Shown: piece after piece, positions 11,501 to 19,116 of the stretch | Layout: each line of letters starts with the position of its first letter | Numbering within the stretch: the first letter of the stretch is position 1 | Source of the DNA: Chloroflexia bacterium | GTDB lineage: Bacteria > Chloroflexota > Chloroflexia > QHBQ01 > JADMIH01 | DNA length: 64,000 nucleotides | Direction: 5' to 3' | NCBI GenBank assembly: GCA_035274425.1 | Contig: DATEOC010000031.1 | Span: 1,995 to 65,994 of the forward strand | The notes under the pieces: model-generated | The model's input: the letters and a program-made list of their open reading frames with translations, nothing else | Told to the model about the DNA's origin: nothing | The model's database searches: none | Program-made: the position numbers and the translations under genes

Positions 11501-12000
11501 GGATATACGAGGATGTACCGTCGAGCAACACTTTCTATCCGTGGATTAACAGGTTGAGCATGCGTGGCATAATGGGCGGATACCCATGCGGGGGGACTGG
11601 GGAGCCATGCGGCTCAGGTAACAGGCCATATTTCCGCCCGTTTAACGAAGCTTCCAGAGGACACATTGCCAAGATAGTTTCGAACGCATGGGGATTTATC
11701 GATCAGGTATCTGGCCAGATATTTGAGGATGTGCCAGCGGACAGCACCTTTTATACATGGGTCCAGCGCCTCTATATGCATGGCGTAATGGGCGGATACC
11801 CATGCGGCAGTCCGGGGGAGCCGTGCGTCCTACCTAATAACAGGCCATATTTCCGCCCATACAACGCCACTACACGAGCTCAATCGTCGAAGATTATCTC
11901 TAACTCCTTCTTCCCGAATTGTAATCCGGTTTTACTGGATATACCTGAACCTGTGCCCACAGCCGAAATGGAAATGCCTATGCCTCTGCCTACGCCGTAA
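8575..12000 (+). CDS. Large secreted alpha/beta-hydrolase (lipase/esterase-like) with three C-terminal SLH cell-surface anchoring repeats
   Basis: Signal peptide; LLHGNHAPC (oxyanion HG) and nucleophile elbow GHSRGG; three repeats YFRxYN..R...AKII......F.D......IYEDVP...FY.W..RL...G.MGGYPCG matching S-layer homology domains. GC visibly lower than neighbours. Confidence 0.8.
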   Translation: MKKILSAFVLGWVVIFSLTTMQTNQVGVAAPLADEEQEASLFSVAQGVDERTDYGFTPPSLGFPVEARSIFWYPIGSGPFPLIVLLHGNHAPCVNLSTQETRSDWPCSHIGTGWTSLPSHEGYNYLASYLASFGYIVVSISSNGIIHLSDTSTDDNGARARAELIDYHIGLWDSYNNSSTAKPVDPIIQAGYFHNKINMTKIGLMGHSRGGEGAVQLAALTTRWHIKAVLAIAPTNNTRYYGTEFYLDPPALGVLLSYCDGDVHDLSGVRYYDDSRYTPDMNLTAEHSFLVMGANHNYYNLNWSDRVTLPAGSPTPTPVPGGYDDWEKFQRGFNDPYGFNDPYCGRSNGQRLSQDAQRYTAKVYARAFYRAYLEGDKSEFPLLVGNATPPAPAGTVRVSYNASALIDMRKDLNRLSEATDILYSDLGGVATGSGLAPYTMCGGNSSQHCMTPDATPTPPPGYLANYPVLYQPRLPHTSDTYTERFPITTPTGNPTPTPYPTARHGLSQLSVGWNSTTASYKNTIATPQGDVSRYEALQFRVGVNFKDTRNAAGVTQDFSVVLTDGQPTPKVASVRVGSLYTSRPNPLFYPPGSMSLGWPYAVPHSVLNTVRIPLTQFKTAVPNLDLDNIRSVEMKFNQTSSGALLFSDIAFANSYCVSPTPGPAPDCSDTDYTVRQSEVATPIVAATAQVLTDCGSCEVTINLPSGFTYRMYDRNFTSVIAGSNGTLGFRGNTNPVPTPGSSALPSSAFDYAILPHWANMYLINSTTGGIGCVGNQLDPNPCGIYTSTSGQAPNRVFNIRWHACQLDPGNSDAWEEALKGDFPCQTEGSDLVNFEVRLYEGRSQAEIIYGDLGDHGGKGAVIGVQKDTGSKYTLYWQGTNRLPDTVRWLTFTQPPCMPASCTTEFQDVSNLNGFRPQVSCLTCRGVLSGYGCGGPGEPCVCPTNNAYFRLYNNVTRGQAAKIIAVSAGFNEDPGSRIYEDVPSSNTFYPWINRLSMRGIMGGYPCGGTGEPCGSGNRPYFRPFNEASRGHIAKIVSNAWGFIDQVSGQIFEDVPADSTFYTWVQRLYMHGVMGGYPCGSPGEPCVLPNNRPYFRPYNATTRAQSSKIISNSFFPNCNPVLLDIPEPVPTAEMEMPMPLPTP

Positions 12001-12020
12001 TGTAACCTAGCTGGGCCAGA

Positions 12021-12065
12021 AACACACGCCATTACCAAATTACAGTGGCGTGTGTTTTCTTTTTG
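12021..12065 (+). terminator. Rho-independent terminator
   Basis: aacacacgcc-loop-ggcgtgtgtt followed by ttctttttg. Confidence 0.75.
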
Positions 12066-12210
12066 TGCGTGTTAATGCTCCGTGAAGTATAGCTCTCAGC
12101 AGTGGTCGCTACGCTTGACGATGAGAGTTAGCACGCCATATACTGGCAGTACAAGTCGAAGAGAACCTAGGATGCTCGCGGCGAGCAGACCAATTGAAAG
12201 AGGATAGATA

Positions 12211-13614
12211 ATGTTTACAAGTCGAGCCCGAATATTGCTCCTTTTGGGGGTGCTAGTGGCATTGCTGGTTGCTTGCGATGCGAGGGGGCTGCCGGATAAT
12301 CCAACCCCGCAGCCTACGGTGGCCGTGCAGGCTACGCCGACCGTGCCGGACGTTGCTCAGGATGCGACCAGGACTCCGCAGCCGACGGTGCCCCGTAGGA
12401 CACCTACTGGGGAGCCTACAGCGGAAGCTCTGACGACGGGCACGGTAACGCCGGGGACATCGAGCGCCGATATCGAAGTGATTGAGATCGAACTGAATGC
12501 TGAGAGAGTGCGCGGGCTATCGCCTAAGCAGGACGTACCGGAGATGTTCATCAATAAGGACCAGATGCGGACGAACATCACCAAGCTGTTCGAGGAAGAG
12601 TACAGCCACGAGGAGGCCCAGCAGGACGCCACAGAGCTATGGCTCATGCGCCTGATTGACAGCCAGACGCTTGACCTCTACCAGTTGCAGGTTGACCTGC
12701 ACAGCGACGTGGTGCTGGGCTATTACGACCCGGAGAAGAACGAGCTGTTTGTGTTGCAGGAGGGGAGAGTGCTCAGCGCCCAGGGCCGGAGCACCGTGGC
12801 ACATGAATTCGTCCACAGCCTGCAAGACCAGTATTTCGACCTCGAGAAGCTCTTGCCGGATGATAGCGTCGAGTATGACCGCGACACGGCTGTGAGGGCA
12901 GTGGTCGAAGGGGACGCGGTTTCGTCGGAAATAGAGTATGTGCGCAGGTACTTCACCCCGGACGAAATCCAGGAGCTCATTCAGCAGGAAAGCTCAGGGC
13001 CTAGCGACGTACTGACCCGCGCGCCACGCTATATACGCGATACCCTCTACTTCCCCTACATACAGGGAAATGCATTCGTCGAGGAGCTGCGAATTGCGGG
13101 CGGTTTCAATAAAGTAGATGAGGCGCTGGACGATCCTCCGCAGTCGACCGAGCAGATAATCCACCCCGAAAAGTACACAGACAGCCCCAGGGACAATCCT
13201 CTCAAGGTGACGATCCCTCCGCTGACCAGCACGCTCACGACATTGGACCCTGGCTGGAAGTATATGGACGGGGGATCGATTGGGGAGCTTGACCTGCAAC
13301 TGATGCTGAAAGTGAACGGGCTGGCAGATGATGATGCTGACGAGGCGGCAGCCGGTTGGGGCGGGGCGTGGTACGTACACTACCAGGGCGGCGACACTAG
13401 CGTGCTGGCCCTCGATACGCAGTGGGACACCTCAAGGGATGCGGGCGAGTTCAACGATGCCTTGGGAACGAGCTTCAGAAGCGCGTCTAAAGATGGCGAC
13501 CTGTGGGTGCAGGGCGGACGCTATTTCTCTGTTACGCAGAGTGGCAAGAGGGTGCTGTATATCGCCGCGACCGACAAGAGAGCGCTTGAGACGGTGCTGG
13601 GGGAATTGAAGTAA
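12211..13614 (+). CDS. Lipoprotein with HExxH motif (putative zinc metallopeptidase-like), Pro/Thr-rich linker
   Basis: Lipobox LLVAC; P/T-rich spacer; TVAHEFVHSLQDQ. Confidence 0.65.
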   Translation: MFTSRARILLLLGVLVALLVACDARGLPDNPTPQPTVAVQATPTVPDVAQDATRTPQPTVPRRTPTGEPTAEALTTGTVTPGTSSADIEVIEIELNAERVRGLSPKQDVPEMFINKDQMRTNITKLFEEEYSHEEAQQDATELWLMRLIDSQTLDLYQLQVDLHSDVVLGYYDPEKNELFVLQEGRVLSAQGRSTVAHEFVHSLQDQYFDLEKLLPDDSVEYDRDTAVRAVVEGDAVSSEIEYVRRYFTPDEIQELIQQESSGPSDVLTRAPRYIRDTLYFPYIQGNAFVEELRIAGGFNKVDEALDDPPQSTEQIIHPEKYTDSPRDNPLKVTIPPLTSTLTTLDPGWKYMDGGSIGELDLQLMLKVNGLADDDADEAAAGWGGAWYVHYQGGDTSVLALDTQWDTSRDAGEFNDALGTSFRSASKDGDLWVQGGRYFSVTQSGKRVLYIAATDKRALETVLGELK

Positions 13615-13617
13615 GGT

Positions 13618-13674
13618 AGATAAAACAAAAGAGCCTTCCTTCGTTGCACGAAGGAAGGCTCTTTTGTTTTATCT
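13618..13674. terminator. Bidirectional terminator, perfect 26-bp palindrome arms
   Basis: agataaaacaaaagagccttccttcg ttgca cgaaggaaggctcttttgttttatct between convergent genes. Confidence 0.75.
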
Positions 13675-13682
13675 ATAACTCC

Positions 13683-15251
13683 TTAGGGCTGAAATGTATC
13701 GTCGTGCACTTCCCACCTGTCTATCTCGGTGAAGCGGACGTGCGGACCCTGGTAGGTGTAGGCATAGCCGGAAGTGTTGTAGAGGACGTATATCTTCCTG
13801 TCCGCGACGTTTGGATAGACCATGAGGCCGCCGTCGAAGTACTGCACGGGGCTGCCGCCTGTGCCATCCTTATTTAGCTGTATGGTCTCGGCGGGCGAGG
13901 TGGCATTGCCGAGGCGGGAGCGTGCGGAGGGGTTGGCCGCCAGCACGCTGGCGAAATTGCGCGGCAAACTGAAGGTGCCTGGAGGAGCTGTAGGTACGGG
14001 CCCAGGGGGAGTATTCGTGTCTACAGGTAGGAACGAAGCGCTCTGGGCTGTGCGGTCGTAGTAGAGGATGAATACGTCCTCATAGAAACGGCCCGAATAG
14101 AAGTCATAGTAAGTCACGCCAAGCATATATTGTTCATGCTCGAAACGCTGGCGGGTCACGGTAAGCCGGGTCTCTGCGGCCATCTGGCAGCCAAGCTGGA
14201 ACTTAACGATATTGTTTTCGTAGACCTTGCCGAAGCCTAGCATGGGATAGCCGAGGCCGCACCTGCCCGTCAGCGTCGGCGGTTTGCCCTGGTCTCTGTA
14301 GCGCCAGTCGTAGTAATGCTGCCCGATATTGCCCATCTGTACCTTGAACCCTGCCGGGGCCGAAGGGACGTAGGTGAGCACGCGGCGCTGGTAAGGCTGG
14401 ATGAGGACGGGAGTGCCAACTTTGCCTTCGATCTTGACGGAGGCCCAGTAGGCGTCAGCGATGGGGTATCCGGTTGCATAGAAGTAGGGATCGTTCAAAC
14501 GGGCGTTGACCTGCTGATTGTTGTCGCTCATGACTTGACCAGTGGCGTTGAGGAATGACCAGAAGACGTCGGGTATGTTGTGCTTCGTGGCGGCCTCATA
14601 GTAAGCGTTCTTGACGTTGTACGTGTCGTAGGTCATATAGGGAGCGCCTCCATGCACGAAGTCGAGCGCGCCTGTCCTGGAGACGAGGTTGATGACGACT
14701 TTACCGACTGCGTTCGCGTCGGTACGGGCAATAGCTCCGCGAAAGCTGGCATAGGTGGGCGCGCTTTGGTCGTCAACGTCGCTGGCGATGGGGATGTCGG
14801 CGGGCCAGCGCGTGATGAAATCATAGTCACCTACCTGCATTTTGCCGGTAATAAGCTCCGTAGTGAGGAGGCCGTTGGTGACAAAGAACTTATCGTTGCG
14901 GTTGCCGTTGGGGTTGTTGATTTCCATTCGGGACTTGTCGAAGTACTGCACCCGGTGGGTTCCACCGATGCCCTCGGCGTATTGCTCGTTAAGAGACGGG
15001 CTAATAGGCCCCGGCCCCCAGAAGTAGCTCCGCTTCACTTTGCTATTGAGGACGAGCCAGTCGGTGCGCCTCCAGACGCGTTCGAAGGCGGGATCGGCGA
15101 ATGGGTAGCCCTGGGCGCTCTGCCCATTGGGCGGTGTAGACATCTGTGCGGCTACTGTATATGGGTTGCCCACGCGCGCAAGGCCGCTAGCGAGCAGGGT
15201 AGTCAAGACGATGGTTGTTGATACTTTACTGACGAAATTGCGCCCGTTCAT
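13683..15251 (-). CDS. Secreted hypothetical protein (522 aa)
   Basis: Signal peptide MNGRNFVSKVSTTIVLTTLLASGLARVG...; long ORF with coding-like composition; no recognised catalytic motif. Confidence 0.65.
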   Translation of the reverse strand: MNGRNFVSKVSTTIVLTTLLASGLARVGNPYTVAAQMSTPPNGQSAQGYPFADPAFERVWRRTDWLVLNSKVKRSYFWGPGPISPSLNEQYAEGIGGTHRVQYFDKSRMEINNPNGNRNDKFFVTNGLLTTELITGKMQVGDYDFITRWPADIPIASDVDDQSAPTYASFRGAIARTDANAVGKVVINLVSRTGALDFVHGGAPYMTYDTYNVKNAYYEAATKHNIPDVFWSFLNATGQVMSDNNQQVNARLNDPYFYATGYPIADAYWASVKIEGKVGTPVLIQPYQRRVLTYVPSAPAGFKVQMGNIGQHYYDWRYRDQGKPPTLTGRCGLGYPMLGFGKVYENNIVKFQLGCQMAAETRLTVTRQRFEHEQYMLGVTYYDFYSGRFYEDVFILYYDRTAQSASFLPVDTNTPPGPVPTAPPGTFSLPRNFASVLAANPSARSRLGNATSPAETIQLNKDGTGGSPVQYFDGGLMVYPNVADRKIYVLYNTSGYAYTYQGPHVRFTEIDRWEVHDDTFQP

Positions 15252-15415
15252 TTCCTTCCTTCTCCTTTAGATGTGGTCGTATGAGACCGTGATATGTGTT
15301 TGCCAATATAACAACGGGGGAGTTGGTTGGAGGTTTCGCGGCGATTGGAAAGTGGTGGAAAAAGAGAATATGCTGAACCGTTAGACTGTAGAAAATGTAG
15401 GTGTAAATGTAACAA

Positions 15416-17305
15416 ATGGGCCGGAAAGGATATATGAAGATGAGAAAGTGGCTACCGATCTTATTGGCTATCTGCCTGGTACTATCATTGGCGCAAGCTG
15501 GGGGAGAAGCTGGCGCTTCACCTTCTTTGCAGGATGATAGCAGGCACTTCCCGGAGACGGGGCAAACGGTAAAGGGTGCGTTTTTGCAGTACTGGGAGGA
15601 GCATGGAGGGTTGGCACAGCAAGGCTTACCCATTTCGGCGGAGATGCAGGAGCGGAGTGAGACAGACGGCAAGATGTACACGGTGCAGTACTTCGAGCGT
15701 GCGGTGTTTGAGCTGCACCCAGAGAACGAAGCTCCTCACGATGTGCTTCTCTCCCTGCTGGGGGTCTTCGAGTATAAGCGCAAGTACGGCGCGGGTGGAG
15801 CGCCCGATCAGCATGCAAGCGCCGACAGCCCGTTCTTATTCAAAGAGACGGGCAAGACGCTGGGAGGCAAGTTCAGGCGATATTGGGAGACGCACGGGGG
15901 ATTGCCCCAGCAAGGTTTCCCGATCTCCGATGAGTTTCAGGAGAGGAATGAGCTAGACGGCAAGATTTACACGGTGCAGTACTTCGAGCGGGCGGTGTTT
16001 GAGCTACACCCGGAGAATGCCGGTACAGAGTACGAGGTGTTACTGTCGCACCTGGGCAGGTTCCGGTACGATAGGCGGGGCGTACCTGCCGAAGCTACCA
16101 GGTGGTTGCGGGAGCACATGGTCCCTTTGAAGACGGCGGAACCTACCGACGACTTCAGCGATCTGATGCACCTGAAGCAATTCATCGGTGACGCACGGAT
16201 CGTCGGATTGGGGGAGGCAGCGCACGGCGGGCGGGAGTTCTTCACGATGAAGCACCGCCTCCTGAGGTTCCTGGTGAAGGAGATGGGTTTTACGCTCCTT
16301 GGGTTTGAGGACGGATGGGCGGAGTCGTTGAGCGCCAGCGATTACGTAGAGAGTGGCAAGGGTAGCGCCAAGAGCGCAGTGAATCGACTCCTCGCCTGGC
16401 CCTGGAAGGCGCAGGAAGTGGTTGACATGGTCGAATGGATGCGGGGTTATAACGAGGGCAGGGGAAGTGCTCCCGCGATCAGCTTCCAGGGGTTCGACAT
16501 GCAAGAGGCTAGCGGGGCGATGAACTTCGTGATTGCTTATCTGCAAACGGTAGACGCGCCGGCAGCAGAGCGAGCAATCGAGCGATACAAGTGCCTGGGC
16601 GCGGGGTTCGATTATCGCTCACTACCGCAGGATGTCAAAGCGCAGTGTCGTGCCGCATTGCAGCAAGTCCACGACGAGATGGCCGCGAACCGGGGGGCTT
16701 ACGAGGCAGCATCCTCCTCTCAGGCTTTTACCCAGGCCCAGTTCGGGGCGCGCGTGGTCTTGCAGACGGAAGAGCTATTCAGCACGCCAGACAATTTCGA
16801 CGTGCGGGACCACTATATGGCTGAGAACGTATCGTGGCTGCTGGAGCAACGCGGACCTAACGCTAAGGCTGTGGTGTGGGCGCACAATGGACACGTCGGC
16901 AATCTCCAGTATGCAGGGCACGATTATCCCAGTATGGGAATGCATTTGAGGCAGAAATACGGTGATGATTACAAGGTAATCGGCTTTGAGTTCAACGGAG
17001 GCTCCTTTAACGCCACATCGGGGCGGCTCCAGGTAAACACAGTTAAGGGAGCAACTGAAGGGAGCTACGGGCAATACTTCCACAGCGCTGGTATACCTTT
17101 GTTCTTCCTCGACCTGCGTGGTGTCAGGGCTGCTGGAGGGTCTGGCGAAACAGATTGGCTGGTAGGCCCCAGGAGGATATGGGATATAGGGCACCGTTTC
17201 CACCCAGGCGATCCCCTGGCCACTACAGCGGAGGTGAGCCTTCCCCAGGTATTTGATGGAGTTATCTTTGTAGACACGATAAGTGCGACGACTTTGCTGC
17301 CGTGA
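15416..17305 (+). CDS. Secreted erythromycin-esterase (Ere/ChaN) family protein with two N-terminal LGFP-like repeats
   Basis: Two ~70-aa repeats FPETG.T..G.F..YWE.HGGL.QQG.PIS.E.QER.E.DGK.YTVQYFERAVFELHPEN; then ARIVGLGEAAHGGREFFTMKHRLLRFLVKEMGFTLLGFEDGWAE, typical of erythromycin esterase. Confidence 0.75.
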   Translation: MGRKGYMKMRKWLPILLAICLVLSLAQAGGEAGASPSLQDDSRHFPETGQTVKGAFLQYWEEHGGLAQQGLPISAEMQERSETDGKMYTVQYFERAVFELHPENEAPHDVLLSLLGVFEYKRKYGAGGAPDQHASADSPFLFKETGKTLGGKFRRYWETHGGLPQQGFPISDEFQERNELDGKIYTVQYFERAVFELHPENAGTEYEVLLSHLGRFRYDRRGVPAEATRWLREHMVPLKTAEPTDDFSDLMHLKQFIGDARIVGLGEAAHGGREFFTMKHRLLRFLVKEMGFTLLGFEDGWAESLSASDYVESGKGSAKSAVNRLLAWPWKAQEVVDMVEWMRGYNEGRGSAPAISFQGFDMQEASGAMNFVIAYLQTVDAPAAERAIERYKCLGAGFDYRSLPQDVKAQCRAALQQVHDEMAANRGAYEAASSSQAFTQAQFGARVVLQTEELFSTPDNFDVRDHYMAENVSWLLEQRGPNAKAVVWAHNGHVGNLQYAGHDYPSMGMHLRQKYGDDYKVIGFEFNGGSFNATSGRLQVNTVKGATEGSYGQYFHSAGIPLFFLDLRGVRAAGGSGETDWLVGPRRIWDIGHRFHPGDPLATTAEVSLPQVFDGVIFVDTISATTLLP

Positions 17306-17336
17306 CGATAGACGATAGACGATAGACGATAGACGA
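17304..17336. repeat. (GATAGAC)n tandem heptamer run starting at the stop codon of the esterase gene
   Basis: gacgatagacgatagacgatagacgatagacga; inverted copies at 52505-52527. Confidence 0.5.
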
Positions 17337-17381
17337 AATGTCAGGTTCCGTCCTTCGTCCAACCAGCGCCTTCGCATCCGC

Positions 17382-17410
17382 TTGACTATGCCCCCATGCG
17401 GTGGTATACT
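17382..17410 (+). promoter_or_regulatory. Sigma70-like promoter for the riboswitch-controlled operon
   Basis: TTGACT, 17 nt, TATACT, about 28 nt upstream of riboswitch P1. Confidence 0.45.
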
Positions 17411-17438
17411 CGCGGCATAGACAACTGAATATGTGTAC

Positions 17439-17639
17439 CACAGAGGTCGCCCGAAGCACGGAAGCGAGGGCGTCAATGGGGGAAGCCGGTGTAGTCCGGC
17501 GCTGTCCCGCAACTGTAGTCCGAAAACGAGTTGAAAGTTCAAGGTTCCAGGTTCAAGGAAGACCGTACTGCCGGTAACTTTGAACGTTGAACTTTGAACC
17601 TGAAACTAATCCCGGAGAGCCAGGATACCCACCTCTGTG
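17439..17639 (+). promoter_or_regulatory. Cobalamin (AdoCbl) riboswitch aptamer
   Basis: Core GGGAAGCCGGTGTAGTCCGGCGCTGTCCCGCAACTGTA; B12 box GAGCCAGGATACCCACC; P1 cacagaggt/acctctgtg. The variable peripheral stem holds a GTTCAAGG-repeat hairpin (17529-17607). Confidence 0.8.
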
Positions 17640-17792
17640 AGACTCCAACACCTTCGCGAGAAAGGGGGATAGGAGCGATGACGCAGGCATGCACCTTGCC
17701 GCGCATACCGCCTTAGGCCAGAAGGCAGTAAGCAGAGGGCAGTAGGCAGTAACGGGTCGTCGGGACGGGGAGCGAGGCTCCCAATTATGTCA

Positions 17793-17824
17793 CCCTTGTC
17801 GCAATGACAAGGGATTTTTGTTTT
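17793..17824 (+). terminator. Intrinsic terminator serving as the riboswitch expression platform
   Basis: cccttgtc gcaat gacaaggg then atttttgtttt; RBS aggagga then ATG 17891. Confidence 0.7.
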
Positions 17825-17890
17825 AGTGGGATGGTATGCCGTAGGAGCGTGCCGACGGCACGCCCCTACAAGACATGACAGGAGGAGAAG

Positions 17891-19009
17891 ATGAACACGA
17901 TAGGATGGAAGATTAGAAAAGCGGGTGCCGCATGGCTGGCGGCGTTGATGGTGTTTATTATGGCTGCGGGGGCGGTATCGGCTACGCCGGAGTTCCCGGA
18001 CGTTGCTAATGCCGCGCTCACGTGGATGAAGGGGCAGCAGCAGCCTGATGGGTCGTTCCCGGGCTTCGGGGCGGGGTCGTCGGTTGATGCGCTGCTCGCT
18101 TTCGTGTCGGCGCAGGATGATAAAGAGGCGGGGCACGAGGACCTGCATATGTATACCGGGGAGGGGAGCAAGCTCATCACCTTCCTTGAGAGCAAGGTCG
18201 GCGACCTGACAAAGACGCCGGGCGGCGCGGGCAAACTGCTCGTCGCAGTGGCGGGGAACAGGATGGATGGGAAGGCGTTCGGCGGGGTAGACCTGATAGG
18301 CGTGATAAATGCCTCTTACGACGCGAAGACTGGGCAGTACGGCCAGGATGTAATCGGCCATGCCTTCGCCATCCTGGGTCTTGCGGCAGCGGGTGAGGAA
18401 GTGCCCCTTCTTGCGGCCAACTTTCTCGCCGATGCGCAGGGGCCGGAGGGTGGCTGGGCCTTCTCAGGAGACACCGCTCCTGGAGCGGCTGACACCAACA
18501 CTACGGCAGTCGCGTTGCAGGCGCTCCTCGCCATGCACGTTGGCACGAGCGACCCTACGATAGATAGAGCGGGGAAATGGTTGGCGGAGCAGCAGAATGA
18601 AGATGGGGGCTTCCCTTACCAGAAGGGAGGGGAGTTCGGCAGCGACAGCGATGTGAACTCGACAGCGTATGTGGCGCAGGCGTTTACTGCCCTGGGGATG
18701 TACGACGAAGCGGGGATGGCGAAGAGCTTCATCCGCTCTATGCAACTGGAGAGCGGCGCGTTCCAGTGGATGAAGTCGGAGCCGGGCGAGAACGCGGGTG
18801 CGACCTACCAGGCGATACCCGCGCTGCTGGACGCTACGCTGGTGGCTCCGGCTGGTGTGAGCAGAGAGGGGGGTGGAGTCGTGCCGGGTGGTATGCCGAC
18901 GACGGGGCAAGGTGCTATAGGAGTGGCTATAGCGCTATCCTTGCTCGCAACGCTGGCGCTGGGCGCAGGCATCTCCATGCGGAGAACAGCTTTCTCTTCG
19001 AGAAAGTAA
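17891..19009 (+). CDS. Secreted alpha/alpha-toroid (prenyltransferase / squalene-cyclase-like repeat) protein with C-terminal TM anchor; putative cobalamin-capturing alpha-domain protein
   Basis: Signal peptide; QW-type repeats QQQPDGSFPG, PEGGWAFSGD, QQNEDGGFPYQKGG, QLESGAFQW; C-terminal hydrophobic helix plus basic tail RRTAFSSRK. Confidence 0.7.
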   Translation: MNTIGWKIRKAGAAWLAALMVFIMAAGAVSATPEFPDVANAALTWMKGQQQPDGSFPGFGAGSSVDALLAFVSAQDDKEAGHEDLHMYTGEGSKLITFLESKVGDLTKTPGGAGKLLVAVAGNRMDGKAFGGVDLIGVINASYDAKTGQYGQDVIGHAFAILGLAAAGEEVPLLAANFLADAQGPEGGWAFSGDTAPGAADTNTTAVALQALLAMHVGTSDPTIDRAGKWLAEQQNEDGGFPYQKGGEFGSDSDVNSTAYVAQAFTALGMYDEAGMAKSFIRSMQLESGAFQWMKSEPGENAGATYQAIPALLDATLVAPAGVSREGGGVVPGGMPTTGQGAIGVAIALSLLATLALGAGISMRRTAFSSRK

Positions 19010-19023
19010 TAGACAATATTAAT

Positions 19024-19071
19024 TTGAGAAATCATCAAAATCACCTTCGGTGATTTTGATGATTTCTCAAA
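19024..19071 (+). other. Perfect 22-bp stem-loop between operon genes 1 and 2 (attenuator or mRNA-stability/processing hairpin)
   Basis: ttgagaaatcatcaaaatcacc ttcg ggtgattttgatgatttctcaa. Confidence 0.6.
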
Positions 19072-19116
19072 GATAGTTTTCAAGGGTTTTATCCCGGTAT
19101 CGTGCCGGGGGCGTTT

